Part shown: positions 23,047 through 33,494 of the stretch, piece by piece | Layout of the letters: every line of letters starts with the position of its first letter | Position numbering within the stretch: position 1 is the first letter of the stretch | From: Candidatus Kapaibacterium sp. | GTDB lineage: Bacteria > Bacteroidota > Ignavibacteria > Kapaibacteriales > UBA2268 | Reading direction: 5' to 3' | Assembly: GCA_963665665.1 (NCBI GenBank) | Contig: OY762428.1 | Location: 1,312,001-1,376,000, forward strand | Length of the DNA stretch: 64,000 nucleotides | Notes under the pieces: model-generated | Seen by the model: only the letters and a program-made list of their open reading frames with translations | Databases searched by the model: none | What the model was told of the DNA's origin: nothing | Position numbers and translations under genes: made by a program

Positions 23047-25004
23047 AAACGAATCCCGGCTGACAATCTAATTTCCCTGCCCCGCTGTGGCAGCATTTCC
23101 TGCAAATGTTCATTACCGGCAGGAAGCTTATATTTCAAATCTAATAAATTCCGAACTTTAAAAGAAATATGAAAGTCCTTAATAATTGAATTTTCAATGG
23201 GGATTTTATAAGCAGTATACAAATTAAGTAAATAGTAGTCGCCAGTCTCTTTCATCGCAAATGTTTCCCGGCTGGTCTCATAATATAAATTTGCAGAAAC
23301 TAATAAATTCTTAAATGGATTATGAGAAAATGCCAATTTGAAAATATGATCAGGCATGTTTAATACTAAATTTTGACCGTTTTTCTTCGAACTGATATTA
23401 TAAGTATAGTTTAAATCAACTGAAGTCATATCAGAAGCCTTGACTATAAATATCAATTCCAATCCCTGCATTTCGAAAGATTCCTTATTTACGAATTGCG
23501 CAAGGTTGTCTCTATGATCCATTGCCTGATTAATAAAATCATCTATCCAATTATGAAAAAATCCTAGATCAACAATAAAATTATTAAAAAATATCTTTTC
23601 AAATCTGAGTTCTGCTGATTTGATTTTCTCAGGTTTTAAATTTGGATTTGGTTTAGATTTTCCTTCTTCAAAATAAAATCTTTCATAGATGTTTGGAATT
23701 CTGTATGCCTGGCCGTATATTAATTTTATGGATGAATTTTCGAAAGGATTATACACTAAAGTAAACCTCGGTGAAAATGAATTTTCATCCTTTGAATAAA
23801 TATCATACCTGAGTCCGGACATTAATTTTAAGTTTTCATATAGCTGCCAGCTGTCTTCTGCAAAAAGTGAAACCAATTTGTAAGGATAATCAGCATAAAG
23901 GAATTCTTCACCTGTCATCCAAAGTCGATAATCATTTTTAAAAATATCAAGATATTCAACACCACCCACTAACCTGTTGGCTGAATTAATATCCCAGGTT
24001 AGATCGGTTGATGCACTGAAAACTCTTCCTGTTCCGGAATCATAATAATCAACATAATCATCTTCAAAATATGGATAGACCCCTTTGTAAAAATAGTCAT
24101 CAAAACCCGCTTCAACATCAAGGTTCAAGTTGGGAAATATCTGTTTTTTATATTTTAGCTCTGTAAAGTATTTTCTATCGCGATAAGAAAGATTTGGATT
24201 ATTAAAATCTGTGAACCATGCAGCAGTTGGTATTCCCTTGTTTCTGTTTCCCCAGAAAAAACTAAACTCAAAATCTTTCCACTCAATAGTTGAATACAGC
24301 CCCCAGTATTTTTCCCAATCAAGATTTTCGGCAATCCCATTATTATTTTCCGGTGAATCATATTCAGGAAAATAAGGATCGTCTCCATCAGAATCAGACA
24401 TTGCTCCGTTCACAGAGATTGCAACATCTCCGAATGCTGCATTATAATATCCCTGCAGGCGTTTCTTTTCCAGGCTGCCATAAGTAAAATCAAGCCCTCC
24501 ACCTGTATTTCTTACCGGATCTTTAGTAATGATATTTACTGCAGCAAGCATAGAACCGGTTCCGTACATAGCTGATACCGGGCCCTTAACAATTTCAATC
24601 CTTTCCACATTCTTTAGGTTCAAAAAGCGGTCCACACCATAAAAAGCAGCGTCGAACACAACCTCGTTAATTTTGTGCCCGTTAATTAGCAATGTAATAC
24701 TTCCACCGTAACTTGACAGCCTTTCTACACCCCGTACTCCTGCGTAATCATAGAACATATCTGTCCTGGAAAAAAATCCCGGGGCATCCTGTAGCACTTC
24801 GTTTATAGTTTCATAGCCAAAAAGGGCAATTTTTTCCTTCGTTATGGTAACTACCGACAAAGGAGCATTCAGGGCCTGTTCTTCAATTTGGGAAGCTGTT
24901 GATATTTTCGTATCCAGAAGTTCCATAAGGTCGAAATCATCCACCTTTTCCCTAGGATACAGAGGCAATGTAAGTAGTATCAAAAGCAGATAGTATTTTA
25001 TCAT
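23043..25004 (-). CDS. TonB-dependent receptor
   Basis: Plug motif VERIEIVKGPVSAMYG, NPNLKPEK, C-terminal GREIRLSAGIRL. Confidence 0.9.
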   Translation of the reverse strand: MIKYYLLLILLTLPLYPREKVDDFDLMELLDTKISTASQIEEQALNAPLSVVTITKEKIALFGYETINEVLQDAPGFFSRTDMFYDYAGVRGVERLSSYGGSITLLINGHKINEVVFDAAFYGVDRFLNLKNVERIEIVKGPVSAMYGTGSMLAAVNIITKDPVRNTGGGLDFTYGSLEKKRLQGYYNAAFGDVAISVNGAMSDSDGDDPYFPEYDSPENNNGIAENLDWEKYWGLYSTIEWKDFEFSFFWGNRNKGIPTAAWFTDFNNPNLSYRDRKYFTELKYKKQIFPNLNLDVEAGFDDYFYKGVYPYFEDDYVDYYDSGTGRVFSASTDLTWDINSANRLVGGVEYLDIFKNDYRLWMTGEEFLYADYPYKLVSLFAEDSWQLYENLKLMSGLRYDIYSKDENSFSPRFTLVYNPFENSSIKLIYGQAYRIPNIYERFYFEEGKSKPNPNLKPEKIKSAELRFEKIFFNNFIVDLGFFHNWIDDFINQAMDHRDNLAQFVNKESFEMQGLELIFIVKASDMTSVDLNYTYNISSKKNGQNLVLNMPDHIFKLAFSHNPFKNLLVSANLYYETSRETFAMKETGDYYLLNLYTAYKIPIENSIIKDFHISFKVRNLLDLKYKLPAGNEHLQEMLPQRGREIRLSAGIRL

Positions 25005-25061
25005 ATCAGGTTTCCGTCAAAATTGTAAGTAAATTTCCCAAAAATCTGTTCTTGATTTTAA

Positions 25062-27023
25062 CTACAAATCAAGGCCAATTTTGAACCTCAAAAACCTTCC
25101 CCATTGTGGAATAGCATCCTGTAAATGTTCATTTGATCCCGGAAGGGAATATTTTTTATCGAAAAGATTATGAACCTTCAAAGAAAAATTAATATTTTTT
25201 ATCAACCAGTTATCAGTTCTAAAAAGATACGATGCAAAAACATCAAATAATACAAGATTGTCAGTATAATTTCCATTTAATGTTTCTCTTTCTGATTCAA
25301 AATTGATATTAGCTGATAAAGTTAATCCTGCTAAAGGTTTTGAACAGACCGAAAATTTATATATATGCTCGGGCATATTTACAACCCTGCTTTCACCATC
25401 AAGTATCAAATGGTAAGTATAATAACTTTTTAAATCCAAAACTTCAGATACTTTAAATATCATATCAATATCAAGCCCTGAAATCGAAACAATATCTGAA
25501 TTTTGAAATTGGAACTGCCCGTCATCAGGATCTTCCACCTGTGAAATAAAGTTAATAATCCAGCTATGGAATAATCCGGCATCAACAAAAAACACTTCTG
25601 AAAACAATTTTTCGATACGGAATTCCCCCAGCCTGTTTCTTTCAGGTTTCAGTGCGGGATTTGCTTTTGCAATTCCGGGGTCCATATATTTTAGTTCATA
25701 TACATTAGGGACGCGATATGCTTCGCCGTAAATCAATTTTATTGCTGAATTATCCATTGGATTGAATACGATTGATATGCGGGGAGAGAAAGAATTATCA
25801 TTAATTGAATAATGATCATATCGAAGCCCCCCGAGAATACTCAGTTTCGAATTTACCTGCCACCGGTCTTCCAGAAAAACTGAAATAATATTATAGGGCA
25901 TATCAAGATTTATATATTCAGCTTCTTCATCCCAATAAATATAATCTGAAACCATAATATTCTGATATTGAAGCCCGCTGATCAGCCGGTTCGATGAATT
26001 AATATCCCAGGCCAATTCTACTTCACTATCAATCCAGCGGCCAAGGTCTGAATCATATTCATCATACACCGCATCTTCATATTCGTATGGATAAACTCCC
26101 TTGAAAAAATACTCATCAAAACTTATTCGTGATTTGATTCCCAAAGAGCTGCTTAACTGTTCGTTATATTTTAAATCGGCAAAGAATCTTCTGTCACGGC
26201 TTCGGGCAGCCATGTCGTTAAATTTCATTTCCCAGGCAGCTGTCGGAACGCCTTTGCTTCTGTTGCCCCAAAAGATACCCAGTTCAAGATTCTTATATCT
26301 GATATCGGAATAAATACCAATATTTTCCTCCCAATCAAGGCCTTCTGCCAAACCATTATTGTTTTCAGGAAAGTCATATTCCGAATAATAATGATCAGGC
26401 CCCTCGGAGCTTAAAGCTGCTCCGCTCAGACTGAATGAAAGGTCATCAAGGGTTCCGGAATATGCGGCCTGCAATCTGCTGCTGCCAAAACTACCATAAG
26501 AAAAATCAAGTTTACCACCGCTGTTTTTCTCCGGCGATTTTGTAATAACATTAATTACAGACAGCATCCCTCCGGTTCCGTATACAGAGGATGCAGGACC
26601 TTTAACAATTTCAATTCTTTCTACATTATCAAGATTAATAATATTTTCCACACCAAAAAAAGCTGCATCAAAAACCACATCATTTATTTTGTGCCCGTTT
26701 AATAGCAGTATCATTGTTCCGCCGTAACTTGAAGGCCTTTCCACACCCCGAACACCAACATAATCATAATTCATATCCGATCTAATAAAAAATCCTCCGA
26801 CATCCCTGAGTACTTCTGTTATCGTTTCGTAACCATGATCGGATATTGTTTCCGAGCTGATAATTTTTATTGATAAAGAAGCATTAATTGCGTCTTCTTC
26901 GGTTCTTGTTCCCGTAACAACTTTCGATTCAAGTAAAGATAGAAGATCAGCATCATTTACGGGGGCAGCCGAATACACTGAACCGAAAATCAATAAAAAT
27001 AAAATTACAATGCACTTACTCAT
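25062..27023 (-). CDS. TonB-dependent receptor (paralogue of neighbour)
   Basis: VERIEIVKGPASSVYG, NPALKPE; start placed at MSKCIVIL. Confidence 0.9.
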   Translation of the reverse strand: MSKCIVILFLLIFGSVYSAAPVNDADLLSLLESKVVTGTRTEEDAINASLSIKIISSETISDHGYETITEVLRDVGGFFIRSDMNYDYVGVRGVERPSSYGGTMILLLNGHKINDVVFDAAFFGVENIINLDNVERIEIVKGPASSVYGTGGMLSVINVITKSPEKNSGGKLDFSYGSFGSSRLQAAYSGTLDDLSFSLSGAALSSEGPDHYYSEYDFPENNNGLAEGLDWEENIGIYSDIRYKNLELGIFWGNRSKGVPTAAWEMKFNDMAARSRDRRFFADLKYNEQLSSSLGIKSRISFDEYFFKGVYPYEYEDAVYDEYDSDLGRWIDSEVELAWDINSSNRLISGLQYQNIMVSDYIYWDEEAEYINLDMPYNIISVFLEDRWQVNSKLSILGGLRYDHYSINDNSFSPRISIVFNPMDNSAIKLIYGEAYRVPNVYELKYMDPGIAKANPALKPERNRLGEFRIEKLFSEVFFVDAGLFHSWIINFISQVEDPDDGQFQFQNSDIVSISGLDIDMIFKVSEVLDLKSYYTYHLILDGESRVVNMPEHIYKFSVCSKPLAGLTLSANINFESERETLNGNYTDNLVLFDVFASYLFRTDNWLIKNINFSLKVHNLFDKKYSLPGSNEHLQDAIPQWGRFLRFKIGLDL

Positions 27024-27273
27024 AAATAATCCCGCAATATAGTCTAACACGAGCAGGGGCGGATGTATCAATAGTAAATATAGCAATTAATTTTATTAAT
27101 CCAATTATTAATTTTTACCACATCATTATTTCTGAACAATTGAAATATTATCATGTTTGACCCTGGAAAACGGAGAATTGTATCAACATTATTGATCAAT
27201 TTCCTGGAATTAATCGCCCTAAAAGTTCAGTATTCCGGAATTCACATTATCTGAGCAGATGCTTTTGATATTC

Positions 27274-28167
27274 TCAGTTGTAATACTCAAATCTTGTACG
27301 GGTTATCATTTTCTTGCCGGAATCGAATTCGGATTCCAGAAAATGCTCAATTTCCCTTCCAAGAGAGTCATATTTATATGAAAGCACAGTTTCAAGATTA
27401 CGAAATTCAGTTTCATTGGTTTTTGTGTAAACCAATTTGCCGGAATCATCGTATTCGGATATTTCCTTCCTTATTTGAATCCCGTTTTTATATATGATCT
27501 TTTCAACTAAATTATTATTATCATTATATGTATATTCTGTTCTGTCTGTCTCAGTATTATCAGGCAGGGTAGTTGTTTCCAAAATTTTATTGCCCCTGGA
27601 ATCCTTATTTACAGCTATCCTTTTTATTAATGTTTCGCCGAATCCAAGAATATCGATAAGTGTTTTACTGTCGTTATAGGAGTAAACAGACCGTTGAAAA
27701 ACCGATCCATCCCTGTTATACCACACCTGAAGACTCTTGTTTCCGTCATCATCGTAAAGATATTCGTATTTCAGATATTTTTCATCATCAGCATTAAAAG
27801 CATATTCCCTGATAATATTTCCTTCGTCGTTATACTCATACTCCGCCGATCTTAATTGGAATTCCTCTACTTTTTCTCCGTTTGAATACCTTGTTTCAGC
27901 AAAAGCAATTTTGTTGCCACGGCTGTCGTAGGAATAATTTCGTTCCTTTTGCAGGCTTCCGTCTGTACCAAAAAATTCTTCTTTGGCCAGGTTGCTTTTC
28001 TCGTCGTAAAACCTGACAAGGCGATGCCTGACTTCACCGTCCTTTATAGCCTCCTGGATTATTTTTTTCAGGCCATTATTATTAGTATTGGCATGCAATG
28101 CTGAAATAAATACTGCTGATATAAATACATAAAGCAATAATGCTGGCAGACTTTTGAATCCGGACAT
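27274..28167 (-). CDS. Secreted hypothetical protein with YD-like repeats
   Basis: Signal peptide, repeated Y-x-Y-D/N-x-x-G-N motifs, AAGGAGG upstream of ATG. Confidence 0.7.
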   Translation of the reverse strand: MSGFKSLPALLLYVFISAVFISALHANTNNNGLKKIIQEAIKDGEVRHRLVRFYDEKSNLAKEEFFGTDGSLQKERNYSYDSRGNKIAFAETRYSNGEKVEEFQLRSAEYEYNDEGNIIREYAFNADDEKYLKYEYLYDDDGNKSLQVWYNRDGSVFQRSVYSYNDSKTLIDILGFGETLIKRIAVNKDSRGNKILETTTLPDNTETDRTEYTYNDNNNLVEKIIYKNGIQIRKEISEYDDSGKLVYTKTNETEFRNLETVLSYKYDSLGREIEHFLESEFDSGKKMITRTRFEYYN

Positions 28168-28326
28168 TTTACCTCCTTATAAAAATTCAATACTACTTAG
28201 TCCTGACCCTGATATAATATACAATTTTTTAATTAATAACTGCAATATTTTTCTTTCTTGGCTTTAATTGCTAATTTTACGACTAAATACTTTTAGAATG
28301 AAAAATTAAATTTGATACGGATAAAA

Positions 28327-29250
28327 ATGAAAAAAGTAATTATCGGAACACGTGGATCGAAACTGGCATTGTGGCAGGCTGAATTTATAAAATCTGAAAT
28401 CGGGAAACTGAACAAAGAAATTGATGTTGAGCTTAAGCTGGTAAAAACAAAAGGAGACAAGATCCTGGATCAGGCGCTTTCGAAGATAGGCGATAAAGGC
28501 CTTTTCACGAAAGAACTTGAAAACGAACTGCTCGCTGGAAACATTGATCTGGCTGTACATTCCCTGAAGGACCTGCAGACAGAAATTGCCCCGGGCCTTA
28601 AAATTGCCGCTGTTACTAAAAGGCACAATGTAGAGGATGTTCTGATTGCAAGGGATAATGGAGCAGGAATTAGTGACATTCCCCGGGGGGCTACTATTGC
28701 CACGGGGTCTCTCCGCAGAAGAGCACAGCTGCTTCATATCCGTCCGGATATTCATACCGTTGACCTTCGGGGCAATGTGCCAACAAGGATAAATAAATTC
28801 AAAGAATCTGACTGGTATGGAATAATACTGGCCCGTGCCGGGGTGGAAAGGCTGAACCTTGAAAAACACATATCTTCGATAATACCGCTTCAGCAATTTC
28901 TTCCGGCCGTAGGGCAGGGAGCTCTCGGAATTGAAATCTCCGATAACAATGAGAATGCAAACATGATTGCAGGCCTGTTGAACTCATCAGATACATGGGA
29001 CTGCATTAGTGCTGAAAGAGCATTCCTAACCGAACTTGGCGGCGGATGCCAGACCCCCATAGCAGCTTATGCGTATCTGAATAATGATATGATTGTTCTT
29101 GATGGACTTGTGGCATCACTTGACGGCAGGATATACATGAAAGACAGAATATCAGGCAGCAGAAATAATTCCGTAGATATTGGTAAAAAGCTTGCCCAAA
29201 CATTACTGAAAGCCGGAGCTGAAGATATTATGGCAGAAATCAGGGGTTAG
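28327..29250 (+). CDS. hemC: Hydroxymethylbilane synthase (porphobilinogen deaminase)
   Basis: IGTRGSKLALWQA, AVHSLKD, GSLRRRAQL, LGGGCQTP. Confidence 0.96.
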   Translation: MKKVIIGTRGSKLALWQAEFIKSEIGKLNKEIDVELKLVKTKGDKILDQALSKIGDKGLFTKELENELLAGNIDLAVHSLKDLQTEIAPGLKIAAVTKRHNVEDVLIARDNGAGISDIPRGATIATGSLRRRAQLLHIRPDIHTVDLRGNVPTRINKFKESDWYGIILARAGVERLNLEKHISSIIPLQQFLPAVGQGALGIEISDNNENANMIAGLLNSSDTWDCISAERAFLTELGGGCQTPIAAYAYLNNDMIVLDGLVASLDGRIYMKDRISGSRNNSVDIGKKLAQTLLKAGAEDIMAEIRG

Positions 29251-29346
29251 TTCCCTGATATTCAGCATTTTATACTTTTATCATGGAGTTGGTGATACCA
29301 AAGTATCCCCGCCGGCGCCGACGTGTCGGGGAAGGGCGGGGGTGGA

Positions 29347-29429
29347 TTCTTTTTCCGATTGAAGTTATTATAGTTGCTGGGATGTCATTCTGAGCGAAGC
29401 GAAGAATCCATTCTTATTGCATTATCTGC
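29347..29429 (+). repeat. ~83-bp repeat containing a GTCATTCTGAGCGAAGCGAAGAATC element (copy 1)
   Basis: Near-identical to 40776-40858; partial third copy at 44791-44837. Confidence 0.85.
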
Positions 29430-29568
29430 GCATTCAGCGAGTTTATCAGGGCCTGCTTTATTTTGCTATCATCAAGTTTGAAATATGAATTTAATTTCTT
29501 ATTTTATGCCACCGACAAAACAAGCCGGAAAAACTTTAAAATGATGATTATACTACTCGGATTTTCAA

Positions 29569-31464
29569 ATGACAATCGAACAATATCTTGATAGTATTAA
29601 CAGCCGCTATAAACTTGGAAACGCTACCGAACACAGTTTCCGCGGAGACCTTCAGCAGCTTATCGAAACTATTGCGCCCGGCGTTCAGGCAACGAACGAA
29701 CCAAAAAGGCAGTCCTGCGGCGCTCCCGATTATATTATAACGAAAGGAAATATCCCGCTCGGATTTATCGAGGCGAAAGATATTGGCGCCGCCGACCTCG
29801 AGGGAAAGAAAAAAGCCGGCAATAAGGAACAGTTCGACAGGTACAGGGCTTCGCTTTCAAATCTTATATTTACCGATTACCTGCGCTTCCATCTTTACCA
29901 CGACGGCAAGATTGTCAGCAAGATAGAAATTGCCGAAATCGACGATAAAGGAATAACAGCCTTACCTGATAATTTCCCCGCTTTCGAAAGCCTTATAAGG
30001 GATTTCTGCACTCATATAGGCCAAACAATTAAAAGCCCCAAACAGCTTGCCAAAATGATGGCCGGAAAAGCCCGGCTGCTTTCCGATATTATCGAAAAGG
30101 CGCTGAACAGCGACGAAGAGAACGAGGAAAACAGCTCGCTTAATGACCAGATGGCGGCATTCAGGGAAATACTTATTCACGACATCACCCCGAAAGGCTT
30201 CGCGGATGTTTACGCCCAGACTATCGCCTACGGTATGTTTGCCGCGAGGCTTCACGACGAAACACTGAATGATTTCAGCAGGCAGGAAGCCGCCGAGCTG
30301 ATCCCGAAATCCAATCCCTTCCTGCGCAAGCTGTTCGGATATATTTCAGGTCCGGATATTGACGACCGCATTAAATGGGTGGTGGACAGCCTTGCCGAAA
30401 TTTTCCTTGCCACCAATGTTGAACAGATTCTGAAAAACTACGGCAGGCAAACAAAAACCGAAGACCCCGTTATCCATTTCTACGAAACTTTCCTGAGCGA
30501 GTACGACCCAAAACTGCGTAAATCGCGCGGCGTATGGTATACGCCCCAGCCCGTTGTAAATTTCATTGTCCGTGCGGTGGATGACATTCTGAAAACAGAG
30601 TTCGGGCTGCCGCAGGGACTGGCAGATACATCAAAAACAAAAATAAAAATTGATACCCAGGAACGGGACAAACGCTCTTCCACGGGCTTCAAACAAATGG
30701 AACAGGAAGTGCACAGGGTGCAGATTCTTGATCCCGCGACGGGTACGGGAACTTTCCTTGCCGAGGTGATCAGGCACATACACCGGAAGTTTAAAGGACA
30801 GCAGGGAATATGGAGCAGCTACGTGGAAAACCACCTGCTACCGCGCCTGAACGGATTTGAACTGCTGATGGCAAGCTATGCGATGGCACACCTGAAACTT
30901 GACCTGCTGCTGAAAGATACAGGATACGTCCCGACAAAGGAACAGCGTTTCCGTGTATTCCTGACCAACAGCCTGGAAGAACACCACCCCGACACCGGAA
31001 CGCTATGGGTAAACTGGCTGAGCGCCGAGGCAAACGAGGCCAACCACATAAAACGCGACACCCCGGTTATGGTTGTTATGGGTAACCCGCCCTATTCGGT
31101 CAGTAGTTCAAATAAATCCGAATGGATAGAAAAGTTAATGGCGGACTACAAGAAAGACCTGAACGAGAGGAATATCCAGCCGCTTTCGGATGATTATATT
31201 AAGTTTATCCGTTATGGGCAATATTATATCGAGAAGAACGGCAGCGGAATACTTGCCTATATATCCAATAATTCATTCATTGACGGGATAATTCACAGGA
31301 AAATGAGAGAACATCTGCTGAAAACATTCGACAAAATTTATATCCTTGACCTGCACGGCAACAGCAAGAAAAAGGAAACAACCCCCGAGGGCGGAAAGGA
31401 CGAGAATGTTTTCGATATTATGCAGGGGGTGAGTATTAATATTTTTGTGAAAAAGAGCAGTTAA
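29569..31464 (+). CDS. Type IIG/ISP-like restriction-modification enzyme, N-terminal part (nuclease + N6-adenine methyltransferase)
   Basis: APDY...GFIEAKD nuclease motif, RGVWYTP, ILDPATGTGTF (motif I), GNPPY (motif IV); ends at VSINIFVKKSS stop. Confidence 0.9.
   Translation: MTIEQYLDSINSRYKLGNATEHSFRGDLQQLIETIAPGVQATNEPKRQSCGAPDYIITKGNIPLGFIEAKDIGAADLEGKKKAGNKEQFDRYRASLSNLIFTDYLRFHLYHDGKIVSKIEIAEIDDKGITALPDNFPAFESLIRDFCTHIGQTIKSPKQLAKMMAGKARLLSDIIEKALNSDEENEENSSLNDQMAAFREILIHDITPKGFADVYAQTIAYGMFAARLHDETLNDFSRQEAAELIPKSNPFLRKLFGYISGPDIDDRIKWVVDSLAEIFLATNVEQILKNYGRQTKTEDPVIHFYETFLSEYDPKLRKSRGVWYTPQPVVNFIVRAVDDILKTEFGLPQGLADTSKTKIKIDTQERDKRSSTGFKQMEQEVHRVQILDPATGTGTFLAEVIRHIHRKFKGQQGIWSSYVENHLLPRLNGFELLMASYAMAHLKLDLLLKDTGYVPTKEQRFRVFLTNSLEEHHPDTGTLWVNWLSAEANEANHIKRDTPVMVVMGNPPYSVSSSNKSEWIEKLMADYKKDLNERNIQPLSDDYIKFIRYGQYYIEKNGSGILAYISNNSFIDGIIHRKMREHLLKTFDKIYILDLHGNSKKKETTPEGGKDENVFDIMQGVSINIFVKKSS
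31346..31464 (+). repeat. Direct repeat: end of RM N-half, duplicated at 32469-32584
   Basis: ttgacctgcacggcaacagcaagaaaaaggaaac...gtattaatatttttgtgaaaaa present twice. Confidence 0.9.
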
Positions 31465-31520
31465 TATCATTATATATCAAATAAGTTTCTATCATTTTTT
31501 CAATAATCAGGGAGAAGATT

Positions 31521-32363
31521 ATGAAAGCAATAGAAAAGCAAAAAAATATATTCGAAGCAATAAAGAAAACAAATGATGAAGGAATAGAATACTGGTCTGC
31601 CCGGGAATTAGGAAAAGTTCTGGATTACAATGACTATCGAAATTTTCAAAAAGTTATAGAAAAATCCAAAATTGCCTGTAGCAATAGTCATAATGATATC
31701 GAAGACCATTTCGTTGACGTCACCGAAATGGTTCAGATCGGTTCTGGCGCACAAAGAACGATCTCAACCGTTTGGCTTTCGAGATATGCTTGCTATCTGA
31801 TCGTCCAAAATGCCGATCCACAAAAAGAAATTGTAGCCCTTGGCCAAACCTATTTTGCTTATCAAACAAGAAAACAGGAAATTGAGGAATCAGAAGAATA
31901 TAATTCTCTTGAAACCGAAGATAAGAAACGACTTTATTTGAGAAATCAGTTGAAAAAACATAACATTCAGTTGATGAGCGCCGCAAAAAATGCTGGCGTT
32001 GAAACAAATCTTGACTATGGAATTTTTCAGAACCACGGCTATAAAGGGCTGTATGGAGGCCTTGATCAAAAAGCAATTCATAAACTTAAGGGACTAAAGA
32101 AGAGTCAGAAAATTCTTGATCACATGGGTAGTACCGAATTGGCGGCTAATTTATTCAGGGCAACCCAAACTGAAGAAAAGCTGAAAAAGGATAATATTAA
32201 AGATAAAAGGCTGGCAAATAAAACTCATTATAATGTTGGAAAAGAAGTAAGGAATACCATAAAAAAAATCGGGGGTGAAATGCCGGAAAACATGCCGACT
32301 GAAGACAGCATTAAAAAAATTGAAAGAAAAGAAGCAAAAGAACTGAAATCCAAAAAATCCTGA
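31521..32363 (+). CDS. dinD: DNA damage-inducible protein D (Bro-N-like N-terminus)
   Basis: EYWSAREL, LSRYACYLIVQNADP, QTYFAYQTRKQE, FQNHGYKGLYGG, ILDHMGSTELAANLFRATQ. Confidence 0.9.
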   Translation: MKAIEKQKNIFEAIKKTNDEGIEYWSARELGKVLDYNDYRNFQKVIEKSKIACSNSHNDIEDHFVDVTEMVQIGSGAQRTISTVWLSRYACYLIVQNADPQKEIVALGQTYFAYQTRKQEIEESEEYNSLETEDKKRLYLRNQLKKHNIQLMSAAKNAGVETNLDYGIFQNHGYKGLYGGLDQKAIHKLKGLKKSQKILDHMGSTELAANLFRATQTEEKLKKDNIKDKRLANKTHYNVGKEVRNTIKKIGGEMPENMPTEDSIKKIERKEAKELKSKKS

Positions 32364-32434
32364 TTTTCAACCTACCATATCGGTGACGTCAACGATATGG
32401 TCTAAATGTATAAATAAAAAGAGTTAAGAAAACA

Positions 32435-32584
32435 ATGAAAAAAATAGATAATGCCCGGGTTTATCACTTTGACCTGCACGGCAACAGCAAGAAAAAGGAA
32501 ACACCCCCTGAGGGCGGAAAGGACGAGAATGTTTTCGATATTATGCAGGGCGTTAGTATTAATATTTTTGTGAAAAAAGGCTAA
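32435..32584 (+). pseudogene. 49-aa chimeric RM fragment (start of C-half fused to end of N-half)
   Basis: Manual translation MKKIDNARVYHFDLHGNSKKKETPPEGGKDENVFDIMQGVSINIFVKKG*. Confidence 0.8.
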
Positions 32585-32684
32585 TGCAGATATGTCAATA
32601 ATTAACAATCCTGATTTTAAAGTGGCCTAATTTGACCACTTTAAAGTAAATTGTCAAATTATAAATTAATCTATTAGGTGTATA

Positions 32685-33494
32685 GTGAAAAATACAAAAA
32701 TTGTTGTTCTCGGCAGTGAAATAACTGTACATCAGATAAAAGAACAGGACTATATATCTTTAACAGATATGGTAAAAGATATTGAAAACGGATTGGCTCT
32801 TATTGAAAAGTGGCTTCGTAATAAAAATACAATTGAGTTTTTGGGTATCTGGGAAGAAGTCTATAATCCCGGCTTTAATTCCCCCGAATTCGAGGGAATT
32901 AAAAATCAAGCAGGTTTGAACAGATTTATTTTGTCAGTAAAACAATGGGTAGCAAAAACAAATTCTATCGGCATTATTGCTAAAGCAGGTAGATACGGTG
33001 GCACTTATGCACATAAGGACATTGCTTTCGAATTCGCTTCATGGGTATCACCACAATTTAAAATTTACCTTATCAAAGAATTTCAACGCCTGAAAGAAGA
33101 GGAGCAAAAGCATTTAGGCTGGTCTGCCAAACGCGAACTGGCAAAGATCAATTACCACATACACACGGACGCCATCAAAGAAAACCTGATACCTAAGGAA
33201 CTCACGCCGAAGCAAACTTCTGTCATTTATGCCAGCGAGGCCGACGTGCTGAATATGGCATTGTTCGGAATTACCGCTAAGCAGTGGCGGGATCAAAACC
33301 CCGGCATGAAAGGCAACATTCGTGACTATGCCTCGATAAACGAATTGATTTGCCTTTCCAACATGGAAAATATCAATGCCGTTTTCATTAATGAGAATAT
33401 ACCCCAAAAGGAACGCCTTATAAAACTGAATAAAATTGCTATACAGCAAATGAGCATTTTAGAAAACATTGAAAACAAAAAATTACTGAGATAA
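32685..33494 (+). CDS. KilA-N domain DNA-binding protein
   Basis: DYISLTDM, WLRNKNTIEFLGIWE, GRYGGTYAHKDIAFEFASW, KINYHIHTDAIKENLIP. Confidence 0.88.
   Translation: MKNTKIVVLGSEITVHQIKEQDYISLTDMVKDIENGLALIEKWLRNKNTIEFLGIWEEVYNPGFNSPEFEGIKNQAGLNRFILSVKQWVAKTNSIGIIAKAGRYGGTYAHKDIAFEFASWVSPQFKIYLIKEFQRLKEEEQKHLGWSAKRELAKINYHIHTDAIKENLIPKELTPKQTSVIYASEADVLNMALFGITAKQWRDQNPGMKGNIRDYASINELICLSNMENINAVFINENIPQKERLIKLNKIAIQQMSILENIENKKLLR

Noticed and set aside
27274-28167. Second RHS toxin
   Set aside because: Has YD-like repeats but no RHS core, DPxG motif or toxin tip
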